From contig CAWGLD010000001.1 in assembly GCA_963823335.1 (NCBI GenBank), positions 800,001-864,000 of the forward strand: DNA of 64,000 nucleotides. The letters are read 5' to 3'. Position 1 is the stretch's first letter. Every line of letters begins with the position of its first letter. Under the pieces are notes generated by a model. That model worked only from the letters and a program-made list of their open reading frames with translations, was not told where the DNA came from and ran no database searches. This document shows positions 1-9,145 of this stretch, piece by piece. A program made the position numbers and the translations under genes. The stretch is from an uncultured delta proteobacterium (lineage in GTDB: Bacteria; Desulfobacterota; Desulfobacteria; Desulfobacterales; B30-G6).

Positions 1-15
1 TGTGAGAGCTTTCAA

Positions 16-163
16 TTAGAAGCTATCTAAAAAATAGGATTTTGGCCCAAGATCAAGGCGGCCCCGTATTTCAACCCGCAGGAATACTGTCGTATTTTGA
101 GGAGTTGAAAAGCGGGACCAACACAGAGGTTGGGCCAAAAGACATTTTTTAGATGGCTTCTAA
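16..163. repeat. MITE/REP-like palindromic element, family A (full copy)
   Basis: 19-bp terminal inverted repeat ttagaagctatctaaaaaa (16-34) / ttttttagatggcttctaa (145-163, 1 mismatch); inner IR ttttggcccaa/ttgggccaaaa; central CAAGG...AACACAG arm; 3' half recurs at ~8895-8942. Confidence 0.8.
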
Positions 164-1170
164 CAGATGCGTGGGAGTTGTTCGCCTGTGAGCATATCCA
201 CAATGCGTCTCCCGCCGATACGGGTCTGCATGAAGACCCGGCCGGGATTGTCTGAAATCACCTCTCCTATGATGCCGGCATCTCTGGCCACGGGGTCTTC
301 CTTCATCACGGACAGAACCGCCTCGGCATCCCCGGGCGCCACAAAAGCCAGCAACTTTCCTTCGTTGGCAAGATAAAGCGGGTCAAGCCCCAACAGTTCG
401 CACATGCCCCGCACCTCGGGTTTGACGGGAATGGTATCCTCGAAAATTTTGATCCCCACACCCGATGCTGCCGCAATTTCATTCAAGGAGGTTGCCACCC
501 CCCCCCGGGTGGGATCCCGCAGCACGTGAATCCTGCGACTGGATTCAAACATGCGCCGGGTCAGATGATTCAATGGTGCCGTATCGCTTTTGACACTCAC
601 ATCAAAGCTCAGGCCTTCCCGTTTTGCCAGAATCGTCACACCATGATCCGCAATGGTTCCGCTGAGAATGATGACATCGCCGGGTGTCGCATTTTTGCAG
701 GCCACATCGACACCGTCACAGAGGACTCCCACACCGGACGTATTAATGAATATCTTGTCCACAGCACCCTTGGGAACCACCTTGGTGTCTCCGGTGACAA
801 CGCTTACATCCGCTGCTTTTGCGGACAGACCCATCTGTCGCACAATGGCCTTCAAATCAGCGATGGGAAACCCCTCTTCAAGAATCAACCCGACGCTCAA
901 ATAGCGTGGTGAGGCCCCGCACATGGCAATATCATTGACAGTCCCGTTGATGGCCAGATCCCCGATGTTTCCACCCGGGAAAAAAATGGGGTCCACGGTA
1001 TATGTGTCCGTTGAAAAAGCCAGTCGTTGACTTCCGGCTTCAAAAATCGCCCCGTCATCCAGGCCTGCCAGCAAGGGGCTGTCAAAAACGGGTAGCAGAA
1101 TATCCATGGTCAATTGATGCGACATCCTGCCGCCGGCACCGTGGTCGAGTAGTATTTTGTCGTTTTTCAT
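160..1170 (-). CDS. hypE: Hydrogenase maturation protein HypE (carbamoyl dehydratase)
   Basis: HGAGG N-terminus, DTYTVDPIFFPGG, RDPTRGG, C-terminal QLPRIC; start placed at MKNDK (ORF track starts 1188). Confidence 0.97.
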   Translation of the reverse strand: MKNDKILLDHGAGGRMSHQLTMDILLPVFDSPLLAGLDDGAIFEAGSQRLAFSTDTYTVDPIFFPGGNIGDLAINGTVNDIAMCGASPRYLSVGLILEEGFPIADLKAIVRQMGLSAKAADVSVVTGDTKVVPKGAVDKIFINTSGVGVLCDGVDVACKNATPGDVIILSGTIADHGVTILAKREGLSFDVSVKSDTAPLNHLTRRMFESSRRIHVLRDPTRGGVATSLNEIAAASGVGIKIFEDTIPVKPEVRGMCELLGLDPLYLANEGKLLAFVAPGDAEAVLSVMKEDPVARDAGIIGEVISDNPGRVFMQTRIGGRRIVDMLTGEQLPRIC

Positions 1171-1250
1171 GTGTTTTGTGTTTGGCATTTCGTGTTTGGT
1201 GTTTTGGGTTTGGTGTTTGGTTTTAGGTGTTAAGTGTTGAGTGTTAGTGC
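1171..1250. repeat. Degenerate 7-mer tandem array (GTGTTTG/GTGTTAA-like)
   Basis: gtgttttgtgtttggcatttcgtgtttggtgttttgggtttggtgtttggttttaggtgttaagtgttgagtgttag, directly abutting the hypE start. Confidence 0.75.
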
Positions 1251-1408
1251 CTTAACTGAAAAATTTTATATATTTTATGTCAAGAAAAAGAAACCACGAA
1301 AATTTTCGTGGTTCCGTGTTTTCGTGATAAATGCTTTTTCCCTTTCCGGTTTGCCCGGCTTGCTCTGTAAGAATCAGCTACGGACTAAGAGCTACCAGCT
1401 ACATGTGT

Positions 1409-2497
1409 TCACTCGTGGTACCTGTAGTACGCGGCACAGGTCCCCTCGCTGGACACCATGCAGGGGCCCACCGGATCCATGGGCGTACAGCGCGTTTTGT
1501 ACAGCGGGCATTCGAATGGCTTTTTAATACCGGTAAGGATGTCTCCGCAGGCGCATCCTTTGGGGTCTTCAGAAGCAGGCACGTCAATTGAAAATCGCTT
1601 TTCCGCATCAAAGACCCCGAGGTCCGGGTTGATTTTCAAGCCGCTTGCGGGGATGACCCCGATGCCGCGCCAGGCAACATCCCTTATTTCAAAAGTATCC
1701 TGCAGCAGTCTCTGGGCGGTGGGGTTGCCTTTGTCGGTCACGGCTCTGCCATAAGCATTGGCCAGTTCCGGGGATTCTGTTTCAATTTGCAGCACCAGCA
1801 GATAAATTGCCTGCAGGATATCTGCCGGCTCGAATCCTGCGATGACACAGGGTGTCTGAAATCGATCAAAAAAAGGTTGATACGCATCTCGGCCGGTGAT
1901 CACGGACACGTGACCGGGCAGAATAAAACCGTTGACCCGGACATTTTCCATGGACATCAAGGCGTGGAGTGCCGGTGGAACCGTTTTGTGGGCCGAGAAC
2001 ACACTAAAATTATCCAACTGCATCTGTTTGGCTGTCTGGATGGCTGCAGCAATGGTGGGTGCCGTGGTCTCAAATCCAACCCCCAGGAAAACAATTTTCT
2101 TTTCCGGATACTTTACAGCAAGCTCAATGGCATCCATGGTGGAGTATACCACCCGAATGTCACAGCCCTCGGCTTTTTCTTTCTGCAGAGATGTCTCGGT
2201 ACCCGGAACACGCATGAGGTCCCCAAACGTCGTGAGGATTACGTTCTCGAACCGGGCCAGCGCGATGAACGCATCGATCTCTTTCTGGTCGGTAACACAC
2301 ACCGGACATCCCGGCCCTGAAAGAAGGGATATGGTGTCAGGCAGCAGGGAACGGATGCCGCTTCTGAAGATGGAAACTGTATGGGTCCCGCACACCTCCA
2401 TCAGGCGGACCTTGCGGGTACTTCTATCCCGAATTTTTTCCACAAGACCCCGGGAAATATCCGCATCCCGGTATTCTTCCATGTATTTTATTGTCAT
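1409..2497 (-). CDS. hypD: Hydrogenase maturation protein HypD
   Basis: MEVCGTHT, GPGCPVC, GFETT, PGHVS, GPCMVSSEGTCAAYY motifs. Confidence 0.98.
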   Translation of the reverse strand: MTIKYMEEYRDADISRGLVEKIRDRSTRKVRLMEVCGTHTVSIFRSGIRSLLPDTISLLSGPGCPVCVTDQKEIDAFIALARFENVILTTFGDLMRVPGTETSLQKEKAEGCDIRVVYSTMDAIELAVKYPEKKIVFLGVGFETTAPTIAAAIQTAKQMQLDNFSVFSAHKTVPPALHALMSMENVRVNGFILPGHVSVITGRDAYQPFFDRFQTPCVIAGFEPADILQAIYLLVLQIETESPELANAYGRAVTDKGNPTAQRLLQDTFEIRDVAWRGIGVIPASGLKINPDLGVFDAEKRFSIDVPASEDPKGCACGDILTGIKKPFECPLYKTRCTPMDPVGPCMVSSEGTCAAYYRYHE

Positions 2498-2512
2498 GTC
2501 TTTTCTCCAGCA

Positions 2513-2555
2513 ATAAAATCGTTTGCACGAGTTTATTTGACGCGACGTTGTCGCT
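2513..2555 (+). repeat. Short twin-hairpin REP-like repeat, family D (degenerate copy)
   Basis: ataaaatcgtttgcacgagtttatttgacgcgacgttgtcgct matches copies at 19010 and 35002. Confidence 0.6.
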
Positions 2556-2654
2556 ATTTATTAAAAATCGGACCTAAATACCAAATAAAGGTAAGGCACT
2601 AAGGCTGATGGGTGATCCCTGAGCGGCTGTGAAACTGTCTGAGTTCTTTAGTGA

Positions 2655-2711
2655 CTGTTATGCCGGACTTGATAATCCTGCCCCGGTAAGTAGCTAGCCG
2701 GGGGCATCCAG
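2655..2711 (+). repeat. REP-like palindrome with nested hairpin
   Basis: gttatgccggacttgat...gcatccag frame (resembles GTCATGCCGGACTTGATCCGGCATCCAG-type REPs) interrupted by hairpin ccccgg-taagtagctag-ccgggg. Confidence 0.45.
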
Positions 2712-2782
2712 TGTTTTTAATGACAACCTGCGGCTTTTTAAGCGCTCGTTTTTCACGGTCGCATGTTGATTGTCCCTCGACC

Positions 2783-5077
2783 TCACCCGGCGTGCCGGGC
2801 AATGGCATCTGCAATCACGGCCTGCCCCAGGGCAATGCCGCCATCGTTGGCCGGTACCCTTTCATGGGTCAACACGTGAAAGCCCCTGTCACGAAGACGT
2901 TTTGTCAGGCCCGAAAGAAGAATGGCATTTTGAAAACAGCCGCCACTTAGGGCTACCCGGGACAGACCGCTTTCCTTTCTGATAACCTGGCACAGATCCG
3001 TGAACATCGCCATGAGTGTGATATGAAACTTGCCACTGACAATCGAAAGACTGACACCTTTCTCAATATCCTTGACAACACCGCTGATGATAGGATGTGG
3101 ATCGATCTGTAGCGTGTCCTCTGATGACCATGCGTATTCGTAGAGATCGGTGGTCGACGTTTCCGCCAGCATTTCGAGCTCCATGGCGGCCTGCCCCTCG
3201 AAGGCCACCTGGCTCCGTATGCCGACCATGGCGGCAATACCATCGAAAAAACGCCCCAGACTCGATGTTCCGGGAGCGTTGACGCCTTTTTCGATCATCG
3301 CGACAATGATGTTGAGCTTGTTTTGATCCAATTTTTCCAGGAAGGGCAGACGTCGATTAAAAAGATCTTTTCCGTAGACACCGTAAAGATAACTGACGGC
3401 CATCCGCCAGGGTTCTTTTATGGCCGCTGCCCCCCCCGGCATGGGGGTGCAGGCGAGATGGGCCACTCTTTCAAACCTGTCGAGCCGGGCAATCAGAACC
3501 TCCCCCCCCCAGATGCTGCCATCGTTTCCATACCCGGTTCCATCGAAGGCGAGACCGATGACCGGTTCCTCAACATGATTTTCGGCCATACAGCTTACGA
3601 TATGAGCATGATGATGTTGAATCTCAATCCGCATCACGCGTTTCTGTTCCAAGGCATACCGGGTACTCAGATAATCCGGGTGCATGTCGTGAGCGATAAT
3701 TTCCGGTTCGATGGACAATATCCGCTTCAGATGAGCGATGGTCATTTCAAAAAATTCATAGGTGGACAGGTTTTCAAGATCGCCGATATGCTGGCTTAAA
3801 AAAGCATGCTCCTCTCTGGTAAGGCAGACCGTGTTTTTCAGCTCTGCACCACAGGCAAGAATCGGCTTCACACGGTTTTTCAAAAAAATGGGGACCGGGA
3901 CATACCCCCTGGAACGTCTTAAAAATCGCGCCTTGTCGTCCACGACCCTGAGAACCGAATCATCACTTCTAAGATAGATATCCCGATCGTGTATCAGAAA
4001 ATAGTCGGCAATATCCCGGAGACGATCAAAGGCATCTGTATTGTCGATAGCAATCGGCTCTTCACTCAGATTGCCACTGGTCATGACAAGGGCTGTAAAA
4101 TTGTCTTTCACCAGCAGATAATGAAGAGGGGTATAGGGCAGCATGACCCCCACGGTGCAATTTTTCGGAGAAACACCCCCGGCCAGGGCATACTCATTCT
4201 TTTTCTCCAGCAGTACGATGGGACGCTGCCGGGATTGCAGCAAGGTTTCCTCTTCCTGACCAACCCGTGCAAACTGTTGGATGCTCTCGATATCCCCGGA
4301 CATGACAGCCAGGGGTTTTTCTTCGCGATGTTTTCGTTGTCTCAGGGTTGCCACCGACGCTTCATTTTCTGCATCCACCACCAGGTGAAAACCACCCAGT
4401 CCTTTTACGGCCACGACATGTCCGGCCTTTAAGAGGGAAATGGTCGTTTCTATGGCATTTCCGGTTTCAACCCGTTTTTTCTCACGATCATGGAGAAGCA
4501 CCTGGGGCCCGCAGACAGGGCAGGCATTGGGCTGGGCATGAAACCGGCGGTTGAACGGATCGTCATATTCGGTCTGGCATTCCCGGCACATCCGGAAATG
4601 TCGCATGGAGGTCTTGGGGCGGTCATAGGGGATATCATCGATGATGGTATATCGCGGACCACAGTTGGTACAGTTTATAAACGGGTACCCATGTCGGCGA
4701 TCATCAGGATCGAAAAGTTCGTCTTTACAGTCTTTACAGATGGATACATCTGGTGAAATCAAGGTAAACCGCTGGGCATCTTTCCGGCTTTGGCTGATGG
4801 AAAAATCATCACAGCCCGTCGGGGCCAGGGACTCGACATCCACCTGGGTAATGTGGGCCAGGGGAGGGCTTTGGGTGGTCAGGCGTTGTAAAAAGGATTC
4901 GATGCCATCGAGAGGACCTTCCAGAGTGATGGTAACCCCGTTGGACGTATTGGCCACCTGGCCTTTCAGCTTCAGTGTCGTTGCCAGCTGATATACAAAG
5001 GGTCTGAATCCGACACCCTGAACAATTCCCTTGACGTTGAGCCTTCTTGCTTCTTTGGCCGAACGCTCCTGTTGCAT
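2783..5077 (-). CDS. hypF: Carbamoyltransferase HypF
   Basis: Acylphosphatase GIVQGVGFRPF, two Zn-finger CxxC pairs, KGLGGFHL, QHHHAH, DGTGYG, PANDGGIALGQ; start placed at MQQERS. Confidence 0.97.
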   Translation of the reverse strand: MQQERSAKEARRLNVKGIVQGVGFRPFVYQLATTLKLKGQVANTSNGVTITLEGPLDGIESFLQRLTTQSPPLAHITQVDVESLAPTGCDDFSISQSRKDAQRFTLISPDVSICKDCKDELFDPDDRRHGYPFINCTNCGPRYTIIDDIPYDRPKTSMRHFRMCRECQTEYDDPFNRRFHAQPNACPVCGPQVLLHDREKKRVETGNAIETTISLLKAGHVVAVKGLGGFHLVVDAENEASVATLRQRKHREEKPLAVMSGDIESIQQFARVGQEEETLLQSRQRPIVLLEKKNEYALAGGVSPKNCTVGVMLPYTPLHYLLVKDNFTALVMTSGNLSEEPIAIDNTDAFDRLRDIADYFLIHDRDIYLRSDDSVLRVVDDKARFLRRSRGYVPVPIFLKNRVKPILACGAELKNTVCLTREEHAFLSQHIGDLENLSTYEFFEMTIAHLKRILSIEPEIIAHDMHPDYLSTRYALEQKRVMRIEIQHHHAHIVSCMAENHVEEPVIGLAFDGTGYGNDGSIWGGEVLIARLDRFERVAHLACTPMPGGAAAIKEPWRMAVSYLYGVYGKDLFNRRLPFLEKLDQNKLNIIVAMIEKGVNAPGTSSLGRFFDGIAAMVGIRSQVAFEGQAAMELEMLAETSTTDLYEYAWSSEDTLQIDPHPIISGVVKDIEKGVSLSIVSGKFHITLMAMFTDLCQVIRKESGLSRVALSGGCFQNAILLSGLTKRLRDRGFHVLTHERVPANDGGIALGQAVIADAIARHAG

Positions 5078-5081
5078 GTTA

Positions 5082-5330
5082 TCAAGACTCGATATTTTCG
5101 TCACTGCTCTTTTCAGCAAAAGCAGCTGCTTCTTTCAATATTTTCAATGATTCCATGGCCGCCGCCTCATCGATTTTATGGAGGGCAAACCCGGCATGAA
5201 CGATCACGTAATCACCAACACCGGCATCCTCCAATAGCAGGAGACTTGTTTTTCTCTGAACACCATCCACATCGATGGTTGCCATGCCGTTGTCAATTTT
5301 GACGATTTTAGATGGGATTGCCAGACACAT
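5082..5330 (-). CDS. hypC: Hydrogenase assembly chaperone HypC/HupF
   Basis: MCLAIP N-terminus; VGDYVIVHAGFA. Confidence 0.97.
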   Translation of the reverse strand: MCLAIPSKIVKIDNGMATIDVDGVQRKTSLLLLEDAGVGDYVIVHAGFALHKIDEAAAMESLKILKEAAAFAEKSSDENIES

Positions 5331-5823
5331 ACTTTTCTTTCCTCTTCTGATAAGGCGTATCGAGTCGATTCAGTTCGGACAGAACCATGTCGATCATGGG
5401 TGCAATTTTGGCCGCTGTCACCGGCGTCAACTCGATACTGAGGGTCTCGATATCGAGGGGCTCCACACCAACGATCACGGTTTCAGGAACCTTGTCCAGC
5501 GCCTGGCACAATGTCAGGGCTTCCAGGAAATCTACCTGGTGAATTGAGTTTTTGGCCCGGATACGGGCCGGTATCTGGTCACCGGACAAGCGGTACACGT
5601 CGCCCGGGTTGCCTTTGTTACGGATGACATCCACGACAATCAACTGGTCGGCCAGTGAGATGACCCCCAGCAGGTTGACGCCTAAAACGCCGCCGTCCAC
5701 AAGCGAAACATTGTCCGGAAAGGTATATGTTTCTTCAAGTTTTTCAATGACCCGGACGCCAAAACCTTCATCCGAAAACAGAAGACAGCCGACCCCCAGA
5801 ATCATGATATGCGGTGAATTCAA
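5308..5823 (-). CDS. hyaD: HyaD/HybD-family hydrogenase maturation endopeptidase
   Basis: ILGVGCLLFSDEGFGV, VDGG, SIHQ, VGVEP motifs; directly after the large subunit. Confidence 0.93.
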   Translation of the reverse strand: MNSPHIMILGVGCLLFSDEGFGVRVIEKLEETYTFPDNVSLVDGGVLGVNLLGVISLADQLIVVDVIRNKGNPGDVYRLSGDQIPARIRAKNSIHQVDFLEALTLCQALDKVPETVIVGVEPLDIETLSIELTPVTAAKIAPMIDMVLSELNRLDTPYQKRKEKYVSGNPI

Positions 5824-6009
5824 GCCAGATCCTTCCTACCTGTTCATTTTTTCGAGAATATCTCACCAGTCAAACCACACCCGCCCGTCAAAATGAGGTA
5901 CGCCGAATAGGATGCCCGAGACAGGGCATGTGTACTTTATCTGTGAGGCATTGTTTCGGGGAAATATTCCGGCTTCCCCTGAACGGGGAAGCCGGAAAGA
6001 TGATCTCGA

Positions 6010-7659
6010 TTATAATACCTTGATGTCATACACCTGGTTTGACTCAGGATCGATCACATGCACACCGCAGGCGATACAGGGGTCAAAGGAGTGTACGGTT
6101 CTCAATACTTCGAGCGGCCTTGCCGGGTCTGCTATGGGTGTTCCAATGAGCGCTTCCTCAATTGGTCCCAATTTGCCTTTTTCGTCTCGAGGTCCAAGGT
6201 TCCATGTGGACGGCACGACGTACTGATAGTTCTTGATTTTCTTGTCTTCGATCTCAATCCAGTGTCCCAGGGATCCCCTGGGAACATCGTTGAGCCCGAC
6301 GCCGCGACCGGAATTCGGCATTTCCCACGGCTGGTAGGTCTTGGTGTCACCCGCTTTCAGGTTTTCCACCAGTTCCATGACCCAGCCCGGCATGGCCTGG
6401 CCGATGGCGACCGTCTCAAGACCTCTGGCCGCCGTTCTACCCAGGGTGGAAAAAAGGGCCTGGACCGGGACACCCAGTTTCTGCAGGGTGCTGTCCACGA
6501 GGGCCTGGATCTCCTTTTTGCCGGCGCCATAGGCCACAAGAACCCTTGCCAGAGGACCGACTTCACAGGGTTCCCCTTCATACCTGGGGGCCTTGAACCA
6601 GGAGTACTTGCCACCACCGGGTCGATATTGCGGATCTTCCTGCAAGGGCTTTGTTTCACCCGAATAGGGATGCAGAGGCGCCCCCTCTTCGTACCACGCC
6701 CGTGCAACATGCTCGGTCACCTTGTCCTGAGATGCCATCGTCATACCACCCAGATTACGATTCATGATGACACCCCTGGGCATGAACAGGCTTTGCGGCT
6801 CGTCGTCACCCATAGGAAACTCACCCCAGGCCATGAAGTTTTTACAGCCACCAATGGCCCCCCAGTCCTTGTAAAAAGATGCCACAGCCAGCAGATCCGG
6901 GATATAGACATTCTCGATAAAGGACTGCGTTTCCTTGGTGATATACAGAAATTCCGCTATGCGGTCAGGCGTCAGGTCTTTGACAGAGGTTACGCCACCC
7001 ACCACGAGGGACTGCAGATGGGGATTCTTGGCGCCGAAAATGGCGTGCATCCTGGCCGCTTTGGCCTGGAGCCGCAAGGCTTCGATATAATGCGCCGCCG
7101 CCATCAGGTTGGCTTCCGGCGGCAGAACATACGCTGGATGACCCCAGTACGCATTGGTGAACGGTCCCAGCTGACCGCTGTCGACAAATGTCTGCAGCCG
7201 CTGCTGAACATTTCTGAAGTAATTGGCCCCGCCCCAGGGGGCGTTGCTGACATTGTCGGATAGCGTTGCAGTGGCTTTTGGATCGGCTTTCAAGGCCGAT
7301 ACGATGTCGACCCAGTCCAGTGCATGCAGATGATAGAAGTGCACAATGTGATCGTGCTGGAATTGTGCGCCATGCAGCAGGTTTCTGATAAGTCGTGCAT
7401 TTTTCGGTATCTTTACGCCAACGGCGTCTTCGACTGCCCTCACCGAGGACAAGGCATGTGTGTACGTTCAGACCCCGCACGAACGTTGAACAAAATGGTG
7501 AGCATCCCTTGGGTCCCGTCCCTGGAGAATCAATTCGATGCCCCTGAACATCTGGCCGGAGCTCCAGGCGTTTACGACCTTACCACCTTCAACCTCAACC
7601 TCGATACGAAGGTGGCCTTCTATTCTTGTAATCGGATCTATCGTTATTCTCTTGCCCAT
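6010..7659 (-). CDS. hynA: Periplasmic [NiFe]-hydrogenase large subunit (group 1b-like), 549 aa if in-frame TGA 7468-7470 is read through (putative Sec64)
   Basis: ORFs 7468..7659 and 6010..7452 share one frame, giving DPITRIEGH...QRSCGV(TGA)TYTHALSS; C-terminal DPCIACGVH plus 15-aa cleavable tail; GGAGG RBS before the ATG. Symbol follows the D. vulgaris convention (hynA = large). Confidence 0.9.
7435..7451 (-). promoter_or_regulatory. Candidate bacterial SECIS hairpin
   Basis: 16 nt after the TGA: UGUCCUC-GGU-GAGGGCA, a 7-bp stem (one G-U) with a G-starting GGU loop 23 nt from the UGA. Confidence 0.6.
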
Positions 7660-7710
7660 ATGTTTCCTCCCTCTCTCTTAAAAAGGATAATTTGCATCAT
7701 TCGTGTTCAA

Positions 7711-8655
7711 TTACATTTCCTCATAAAACGGGCTCATGGTATCCCAGAAATCCGGTTCACTGCATCCGATGCAGGGATGACCGGCTTCGATGGGCCAGCT
7801 CGTACCATCGTTGAATTTGACAATGGGACAGTTGTTGTAGGTCTCGGGTCCTCTGCAGCCAAGTTTGTAAAGACAGTAACCCAGGGCCGCCTCTTCGGAT
7901 CCGAACTCTTCAACAAACTCATCATTTTCAAAATGAGATCTTCTGGGGCATTGATCATGAATGGTCTTTCCATAGGCAAAGAGGGGCCGGCCAAGATCGT
8001 CCAGCGCAGGAAGCTTGCCCAGCAGGAGATAATTCACAACCGTTCCAACAAAATTAATCGGGTTGGGTGGACATCCGGGAATATTCAGGGTTTTTATTCC
8101 AAGGGCAGCTCCGACACCTTTGTATCCACCAGGATTTGGTTTGGCTGCCTGAACACCGCCATAGGCGGCGCAGGTTCCCAGGGCTATAGTAGCGGCAGCC
8201 TTGGGTACGATGTCCTTGGCAATTTCCAGAAACGTCCTTCCGGCCACTTTTCCATAACCACCATTGAACTTGGTTGCGACCCCGCCTTCAACCACGCAGA
8301 TGAATTTCCCCTCATACTTCTTCACAGCAGCATGGAGTGCCTCCTCAGCCTGGTGCCCGGCTGCGGCCATGATGGTCTCGTGATATTCAACCGAAAGCAC
8401 TTCGAGAACAAGTTCATCGATAAACGGATAGATGGAACGCAAGATGGCTTCAGAACATCCCGTACATTCTGCGAAATGAAGCCACACCACAGGCGGTCTC
8501 TGGGAGGGCGCAGCAAAGACATCCGCAACCCTGGGAACGAAAGATGAAGAAAGTCCCATGCTCGCAGTCAGGAATGTACAGTACTTCATAAAGTCTCTTC
8601 GTGAGACCCCCTTTTTCTCCAGTCTTTCGTAAAACTCTCTCTTTTCCTTGTCCAT
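7711..8655 (-). CDS. hynB: Periplasmic [NiFe]-hydrogenase small subunit with Tat signal
   Basis: SRRDFMK twin-arginine motif; ECTGCSE proximal, HDQC...CLYKLGC distal, NNCP...[13 protein letters not shown] medial (Pro, i.e. 3Fe-4S type); no C-terminal TM helix; AGGAGG RBS before MDKE. Confidence 0.96.
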   Translation of the reverse strand: MDKEKREFYERLEKKGVSRRDFMKYCTFLTASMGLSSSFVPRVADVFAAPSQRPPVVWLHFAECTGCSEAILRSIYPFIDELVLEVLSVEYHETIMAAAGHQAEEALHAAVKKYEGKFICVVEGGVATKFNGGYGKVAGRTFLEIAKDIVPKAAATIALGTCAAYGGVQAAKPNPGGYKGVGAALGIKTLNIPGCPPNPINFVGTVVNYLLLGKLPALDDLGRPLFAYGKTIHDQCPRRSHFENDEFVEEFGSEEAALGYCLYKLGCRGPETYNNCPIVKFNDGTSWPIEAGHPCIGCSEPDFWDTMSPFYEEM

Positions 8656-8737
8656 TGGCACCTCCTGATGCTGTTGATGTTAATTATTTTGAGACGTTCT
8701 TCGGGAAGTCTGATTTATTCCGGCAGGTATCCGTGGG

Positions 8738-8766
8738 TTCTTACGGCAATTTGGAACTTGTGTCAA
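8738..8766 (-). promoter_or_regulatory. Putative sigma70 promoter of the hydrogenase operon
   Basis: TTGACA-17 nt-TAAGAA on the minus strand, ~80 nt upstream of the small-subunit ATG. Confidence 0.55.
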
Positions 8767-8894
8767 GGCAAAAGCCGTCCCGAATGGCAAGTGTGGCGCC
8801 GGTCCGCAACGTTCCCGCATCAATTGCATGAGCAGCGCAGGCCCTATTTACAATACGAAGGATTGCTGCAAATTTTTATAGCGATTGAAACTGG

Positions 8895-8942
8895 TGCCCA
8901 GCACAGGATTTGGGCCAAAAGACATTTTTGAGTTGGCTTCTA
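8895..8942 (+). repeat. Family A element, 3' half only
   Basis: cccagcacaggatttgggccaaaagacatttttgagttggcttcta vs ccaacacagaggttgggccaaaagacattttttagatggcttcta (118-162). Confidence 0.7.
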
Positions 8943-9003
8943 TAAACAGTAAACATTGGGGGCGCTTGCTTCCAGGAGAAATGCTTGACGACTGGGCTTT
9001 GGG

Positions 9004-9057
9004 TTATTGAAGAACCTCGCAGCATGCCACGAGGAATGCTCTCGCTTTTTCGGTTCA
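9004..9057 (+). repeat. REP-like family B, short (single-hairpin) copy
   Basis: ttattgaagaacctcgcagcatgccacgaggaatgctctcgctttttcggttca joins the two ends of the full copy at 10441-10585. Confidence 0.75.
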
Positions 9058-9145
9058 AAGAGCGTTGGCAGTAGCGGAAAAGAAAAGACACGTGTTTTTA
9101 ACATTTGCCGCGTTGGGTGTGTTTTCAGACTGGTCCGCGTATGGG

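Noticed and set aside
7468-7659. 63-aa ORF as a separate gene, or the large subunit as a pseudogene
   Set aside because: Same frame as the downstream ORF, the stop falls on an invariant Cys, a SECIS-like hairpin follows and the rest of the operon is intact. A nonsense mutation or sequencing error cannot be fully excluded.
6058-8547. Long plus-strand ORFs (401 aa, 407 aa), and similar ones at 19112-20212 and 25751-26704
   Set aside because: Antisense shadows of well-supported genes with no protein motifs.
6010-8655. Canonical [NiFeSe] hydrogenase (HysAB)
   Set aside because: C-terminal motif is DPCIAC, not DPUxxC, and the small subunit has the 3Fe-4S-type Pro.
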